In this document: piece by piece, positions 58,313 through 64,000 of the stretch | Layout: each line of letters begins with the position of its first letter | Numbering within the stretch: position 1 is the first letter of the stretch | DNA from: Eledone cirrhosa | Lineage: Eukaryota | Direction: 5' to 3' | DNA length: 64,000 nt | Assembly: GCA_964016885.1 (NCBI GenBank) | Contig: OZ024740.1 | Coordinates: 277,450,001 to 277,514,000, forward strand | Notes under the pieces: generated by a model | The model's input: the letters and a program-made list of their open reading frames with translations, nothing else | Database searches by the model: none | Told to the model about the DNA's origin: nothing | Translations under genes and position numbers: made by a program

Positions 58313-60430
58313 TTCTTTAAGTTTGTTGGTTCACCACTGGATAGAATTGGTCATTCCGCATGGTCAATCTTGGTGTAATATTGTGGAGAGTACTCAACGT
58401 AGTGCAGTTCACCTGTCTTCGTTTGTGTAGTTGGTGGTGCGAATACGGAGTTAATTATAAATAAAACTAACTGGAGGCTGGACTGGTATAAATCCTTGAA
58501 AGGTTTATTATACTATGATCATTTCAATGACCGGGTTCCATATGAATCCGGTGATATCATCAGGTATTCGACATATAACAAAGGAATATGTAAAACCATG
58601 GGTCCGAGAAATAAGAGACAGAGAGGACGACTGACCAACTAGCTGCCTTCACCTCGGCCAGTCGCCCTCAAAGTGATGGCTACTCGATCTGCTAATGATC
58701 ATCTGGTGAGGGGGCGAAGGCTTAGAAAGTACTACCACCTCTCCGTCAAAGAATAAAAAAAGGGGGAGAAAGAAAAAAAGAAAGAAAGACAGAAGAAAAA
58801 AGAAAGAAGTCAGCGTAAGGGTCACACTACAGTCAAGATAGAAAACGCCGCGAAAAATGTTATTCTAAAGAATCTATATTTTAACAAAGGCATATATAAT
58901 GGGTGTCTGTATGTTCTAATGTGTGAACAGAAAATTGGAACGTTAAACTTATGTTACGAGTTATAGGATGAAATTAAATTAAAAAATAATAAATTGAAAA
59001 TTGGGAAATAAATAAAATATTGATTTAATGAACTTACATATGAAAAGGTTAATCTCGATAAGATATCAGGGTGGGATATAGAATAAAGATTAAAGCCTTC
59101 GATTGTGAATCCCAGCCAGCACCTCCTAACCACATGTCAGCCAGTTTCGAGTGGTATCGTCCAGCGAAAGAAATGGAAATTAATTTTTCCGAGTACTCTA
59201 GGAACGTAGCTACCCTAGGCCCCGGGTGTGCTAGCGGGAAGTTTACAATTTCGACAGGCCATCGACAATACCAAACGAATACTATTAATTCACACATGAG
59301 GGGTTTATTTACGTGCCAGTAGAGGGAGGCATGATACAGCTAACAATTATGCCTAAGCCTGGAGTTTTTAGGTATAAGTGGTATAATATGGCGGTCAAAC
59401 AGGTATAATATGGCGGTCAAAAACAGGCGGCGCGGTGGGACCGGGGCCAAGCATCCGCTCCGAGTAATTTCGTTTACCGAAAGAGGGGAAATTTATTTTT
59501 CCAAGCACTCAAGGAAGGCTGAACTTTCCGAGCGCCCAGCGCGCAGCCGGGAAAAGTCACCACATCAATCGAAGGTAGCAAAACCCAATAAAGAGTGCAA
59601 ATAGACTATAATTATTTTAAAGTCCCAGTTAGTCCGGGTTATAAGTAGTGTGGTTCTTTGGTGGGTAGGGGGCTATGAAAGGTGCATAATGACCTGAGTA
59701 AGGAAAGTTACAAATAAATAAAAGCAAGATACAAAGATAAAATGCAAAGATAAAGAATACATTGATAAAAATACATTAATAAACTAATAAAAGTAAAAAG
59801 TAAAATACATAAATAAAACGTCTTCATAGCTAGGGTAGTGATGTAGTAAGACGGAAGTATATAAGAACATATCGGAGGAATCAGAGCAAAGGGGAAATGC
59901 AATATAGATCAAGTTGTAGTAAGATAATACAGGTTGTACATATAGATATAGAGGATGGAAGAGATGGAATGGTAACAGGTGGTACCTAGTGTAAATTTCG
60001 GGTCTCTGAATTCAGTGTGAGTCACACAAAAAGTCCTGAGGTATAGAGTAGAGAATTCAGTCAATAAAATACATGTTTTAGTATAATTTTATCGGAATCC
60101 GAATATTCCCGACAGGGAAGCAGCATCGGGAGCGCGGTAGACAAAGCGCAGAGCAGCCAAAATCCGAATGGTAAGTAGATAACTTAATCCCATGCTGACA
60201 ATAGCTGTACACTGAAGTGTAACATTGAGGACCGCTGTTCAATATTACATTTGGAAGTGCTCAACATTAAAAATAAGTTTAACGTTCCAATTTTCTGTTC
60301 ACACATTAGACCATACAGACACCCATTATATATGCCTTTGTTAAAATATAGATTCTTTAGAATAACATTTTTCACGGCGTTTTCTAGCTTGACTGTAGTG
60401 TGACCCTTACGCTGACTTCTTTCTTTTTTC

Positions 60431-60461
<31 letters not shown>

Positions 60462-60760
60462 CCCTTTTTATTCTTTGACGGAGAGGTGGTAGTACATTGT
60501 AAGCCTTCTCCCCTCACCAGATGGTCATTAGCAGATCGAGTAGCCATCACTTTGAGGGCGACTGGCCGAGGTGAAGGCAGCTAGTTGGCCAGTCGTCCTC
60601 TCTGTCTCTGATTTTTCGGCCCATGGTTTTTACATATTCCTTTGTCATATGTCGAATATCTGATGATATCACCGGATTCATATGGAACCCGGTCATTGAA
60701 ATTATCATAGTATAATAAACCTTTCAAGGATTTACACCAGTCCAGCTTCCTGTTATTCAT
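58310..60760. mobile_element. PLE fold-back with ~480-bp arms and two hammerheads (58510-58567 minus, 60656-60713 plus)
   Basis: 58470-58951 is inverted at 60274-60750; CTGATGA-..CCGG.TTC/GAA.CCGG..-GAAAT-nnnn-ATA|GTAT; homologous to 24412-24960. Confidence 0.85.
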
Positions 60761-60779
60761 ATATATATATATATATATT

Positions 60780-63245
60780 CGTTAATAGGTGACAAACAAC
60801 AATAACATTTTATTCAGTTAGACATAGATAACTATTACGCGTCAGTATCTCCAATACTAGTCAATAAGGCCCTCATAAGCGCCATGGCCAGATTTAGCCT
60901 CACTAGGGACGAGACCAACCTCATAGTAGCAGCCTGAAAGACGCTAATTAGATTCGAAGACAAGTTATGGGAGAGGAAGGACAAACCCGACAGTTTCGAT
61001 ATCACCATGGGGTCGAGTGACTCGGCGCAGGTGACCGACCTTGTGGGGATATATCTCATCCATAGGCTAACGAAGGAGATCGCGGGGATCGGAGGTGGAA
61101 TATACAGAGACGACGCACTTTTCACCTTCAGTTCCCTTAACCCCAGTCAGATGGAGCGTATGAGGAAGCGCATAGCGCATTTTTTTAAACAACACGGCTT
61201 ATCCGTGACAATAGATCCTAGCACTAAGACGGTCAATTTCCTGGACGTTACCTTGGAAATGAATACAGGAATCCACAGACCGTACCATAAGCCCAACGAA
61301 AACCTGCAATATGTGAATAGGCAATTGAATCACCCTAAGTCAGTCATAGAAGCCATAATTAAAGGGGTATCCAAACGCGTATCCACCCTGTCGTCGAACG
61401 CAGACGTGTTTAAACAATACACCGAATATTATAATGAGGCACTGCGCAGGGCCGGTTACACAGACACCATACTATATACCCCCGTCAGAGAAGAGTCAAG
61501 TGATGAGGCGTGCATAAATGCCAATAGCGGGGGCGCCTCCTTAGGTAGAAGAAATGACCCGGTAGCAGTCTCTAGGAACACAAATAGCAACACCACTAAC
61601 ATTTATGACGCATGACCGACCGGAGATAGGACAAAGGCACCCATAGGAGCCAGACCACCAAGTACGCAGAGGCATGGGCCTGGAACGCACACTGCATGCT
61701 CCGCGGCAACTGGGACCAGGGACAGGACATCGACAAATACGGACGAGGCACACGCCAGGGAGCACGCCCAGCCTGGTTGTAGTGGTACAGCACCGACAGC
61801 AGCATCACATAGGCCTAAGGGGAATAGATGCATAGCTGACAACATAGAACGACGTAACTTTATAACTGTAGAGCATAACCCCGACGCCCATAGCGAGCAA
61901 ATAGATAGAGACAACACACGGGATGTAATTGTGGTTGGGCAGAGCACAGGACAGACATCGGATCCAGGACACACCAACAAGAATCCACGCACACGAAGGA
62001 ACAGATCTAAGGCCGTTACTTGGTTTAATGCGCCTTACTCCAAACATGTATGCACCAACCTGCCAGGAATTTTTGTCCGAGCGTTGGATAGGTGCTTTCC
62101 GCCGACGAACAAGTACCACACAATTTTCAACCGCCACACGGTGAAGTTTTCCTTCTCCACAGCACCTAACATGGCCGACTACATGGCTAAAATTAACGCA
62201 GTGAAGATGGCGCACACTGGCCATCAACAGAGGCGACAGAATGACCGTCTTTCTGAGCGCGGAGAACCACCCAGGGACGGGTCCTCAAATGACAACTCGG
62301 ATCCCGAGGCGACCAAAGCGCCCGCGAAGGGTGATGTGATCCAACGCCGAGAGGGAAATAGTGGCATGGGGGAGACAACAGTGTCGGCGGAACAACACCC
62401 TGAGAACCTTGAGAGGGCCATAACAGATCGAGGCCCGGACATCGGATACGTAAGAATGGACAACAGAACTTGTAACTGCAGAACGGGTACCCAGTGCCCC
62501 CTACAGGGAAAATGGCTGATGAAGGACCTAATATACAAGTGTGTGGTTACAACCCAAAACGCGCATCGCACCTACTTCACGCAACATTCACGACCTTTAA
62601 ATCGCAGATGTATAATCACACGAATTCTTTTAGGAACCGTAGCAAAAGGCACTCCACTAGGTTAGCGGACCTGGTGTGGGACCTGAAAGACCAAGGCACT
62701 CCGTACGCCCTGGAATGGAGTATCGTTCGCCATGCGAGGGCATATTCGGCCGGACGTAGAAAGTGCCGACTATGCCTACACGAGGCCATGGAGATAGTCA
62801 GACTGAAAGATGACGCGGTCAACCAGAAGTCTGAAATTATCATGACCTGCAGACACCAGCGAAGATGCACATTTGCAGCATGGAATTCTCCGGGTGGCGC
62901 AGGCCGGGGGCATGGGAACGGGTACGCACAGACCCGAACGGCCCAACGGGATTAGGGGACCTGACGCCATGCCCCGATGACATTGTGCGACCCATGAAGC
63001 AAACATATGTAAACCAGGGGCGCACCTGACCGAGCACAAAACATTGGGCAGATACATCGCCTGGGCCGAGACCGGCTAACACGGGGCCCACGGCCGCCCG
63101 GTCTGATACCCCAAACATAAAGAACAGCACACACCAGCCACGGTGCCATGCCCCATGGCGACCAGGCCGGGCTTTCCCTTGAATGTGTACCCCATCAATC
63201 GTGACTCTCCACATGTTCCACTTTGGAACAATGATTATAACTGTC
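60780..63245 (+). pseudogene. Naiad-type PLE RT plus GIY-YIG, 5'-truncated, with stops and a frameshift
   Basis: FIQLDIDNYYASVS, FDITMGSSDSAQVTDLVG, GIYRDDAL, VNFLDVTL, YHKPNE..NHP, WFNAPYS, CNCR..CPLQG, HSTRLADLVWDLK, CRLCLHE, TCRH. Confidence 0.92.
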
Positions 63246-63256
63246 ATTATTGTTCT

Positions 63257-63436
63257 GGATTGGCAGTATCAGTAGAGGGTCGGACGCCATGCTTTCCAGC
63301 ATAGTTACGTCCCTTTACGATCTGAGTTCAAATCCCGCCGAGGTTGACTTTGCCTTTCATCCTTACGGGGTCGATAAAACAAAGTACCAGTAATGCACTG
63401 GTTAATTGCTGGCCTTGTGCCTAAAGTAGAAACAAT
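63257..63436 (+). mobile_element. SINE
   Basis: TSD ATTATTGTTCT at 63246-63256 and 63435-63445. Confidence 0.9.
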
Positions 63437-64000
63437 TATTGTTCTATTATTGTTCTGTTACTGTTACTTGTTCTATGTACGGACCCAAGTTTGCACCTCA
63501 TACTACCTGTGTGTGGTATATCACATGGATACACGCACCTTCTCCTCCCCTTTTTTATTTACCTGTTTTTTTATGTATCTATTTGTGACGTTACATACAG
63601 ATTTAATGTATTCTAAAATATTGTAAATTTATTTTATTTTATTATCCTATTGTGTTTATATTTGGGTGTTTTATGTGTGGACCTGTGCGTAGGTATATGT
63701 ATGTGTGTGTGTATGTAGATATATATATACGTGGGTGTGTATGGGGATGTGTATATGGGCATGTGTACGTATATGCATGAGCTAATGAGCGCGCGTGTGT
63801 GCATGCATGTACATGTATGTACGCATGTGGCGGAGTGTGTGTGTGTATGTGTATAAATATATATATATGTGTGTATGTACGTATAGCTACGTATGAGTAT
63901 ATGTGTGTATGTGGGTGCGTATGTGTATATATATATGTGTGGGTGCGGGTGTATGTATATGTGGGGCTCTATATATGTGTATGTGTATTTGTGTATACAT

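Noticed and set aside
60803-61615. In-frame TGA codons (60935, 61613) in a Naiad-type ORF read as selenocysteine, since some Naiads are reported to encode selenoproteins
   Set aside because: The first TGA aligns to the Arg of the ARKS-like motif (probable CGA>TGA) and the second is in a non-conserved insert. An in-frame TAA (60803) and a frameshift (~62575) show decay, and I saw no convincing SECIS at 62955-63245. A family consensus plus SECISearch would settle it.

Overview
AT-rich, repeat-saturated animal genomic DNA. The (TA)n/(CA)n density and the SINE and retroelement content suggest a coleoid cephalopod such as Octopus; this is an inference. No host protein-coding gene is recognisable, and most ORF-track entries are microsatellite artefacts. 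The window is a mosaic of decayed Penelope-like retroelements (PLEs; Neptune-type and Naiad-type RT/GIY-YIG fragments plus many pseudo-LTR pieces), Helitrons (two with Pif1-helicase remnants, several non-autonomous), about 12 copies of one tRNA-derived SINE, two L1/Tx1-type LINE fragments and a mariner-type MITE. The main hidden signal, found by eye, is about 23 type-I hammerhead ribozyme (HHR) motifs from about 13 sequence families in the PLE termini. They include dimer-only minimal forms, core variants and a class with 49-95 nt stem-II insertions. Most PLE pieces are asymmetric fold-back palindromes with both ends embedded in (TA)n, and one abundant mini-family folds back or breaks inside ribozyme stem II. 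Coordinates were counted manually; element boundaries are approximate.
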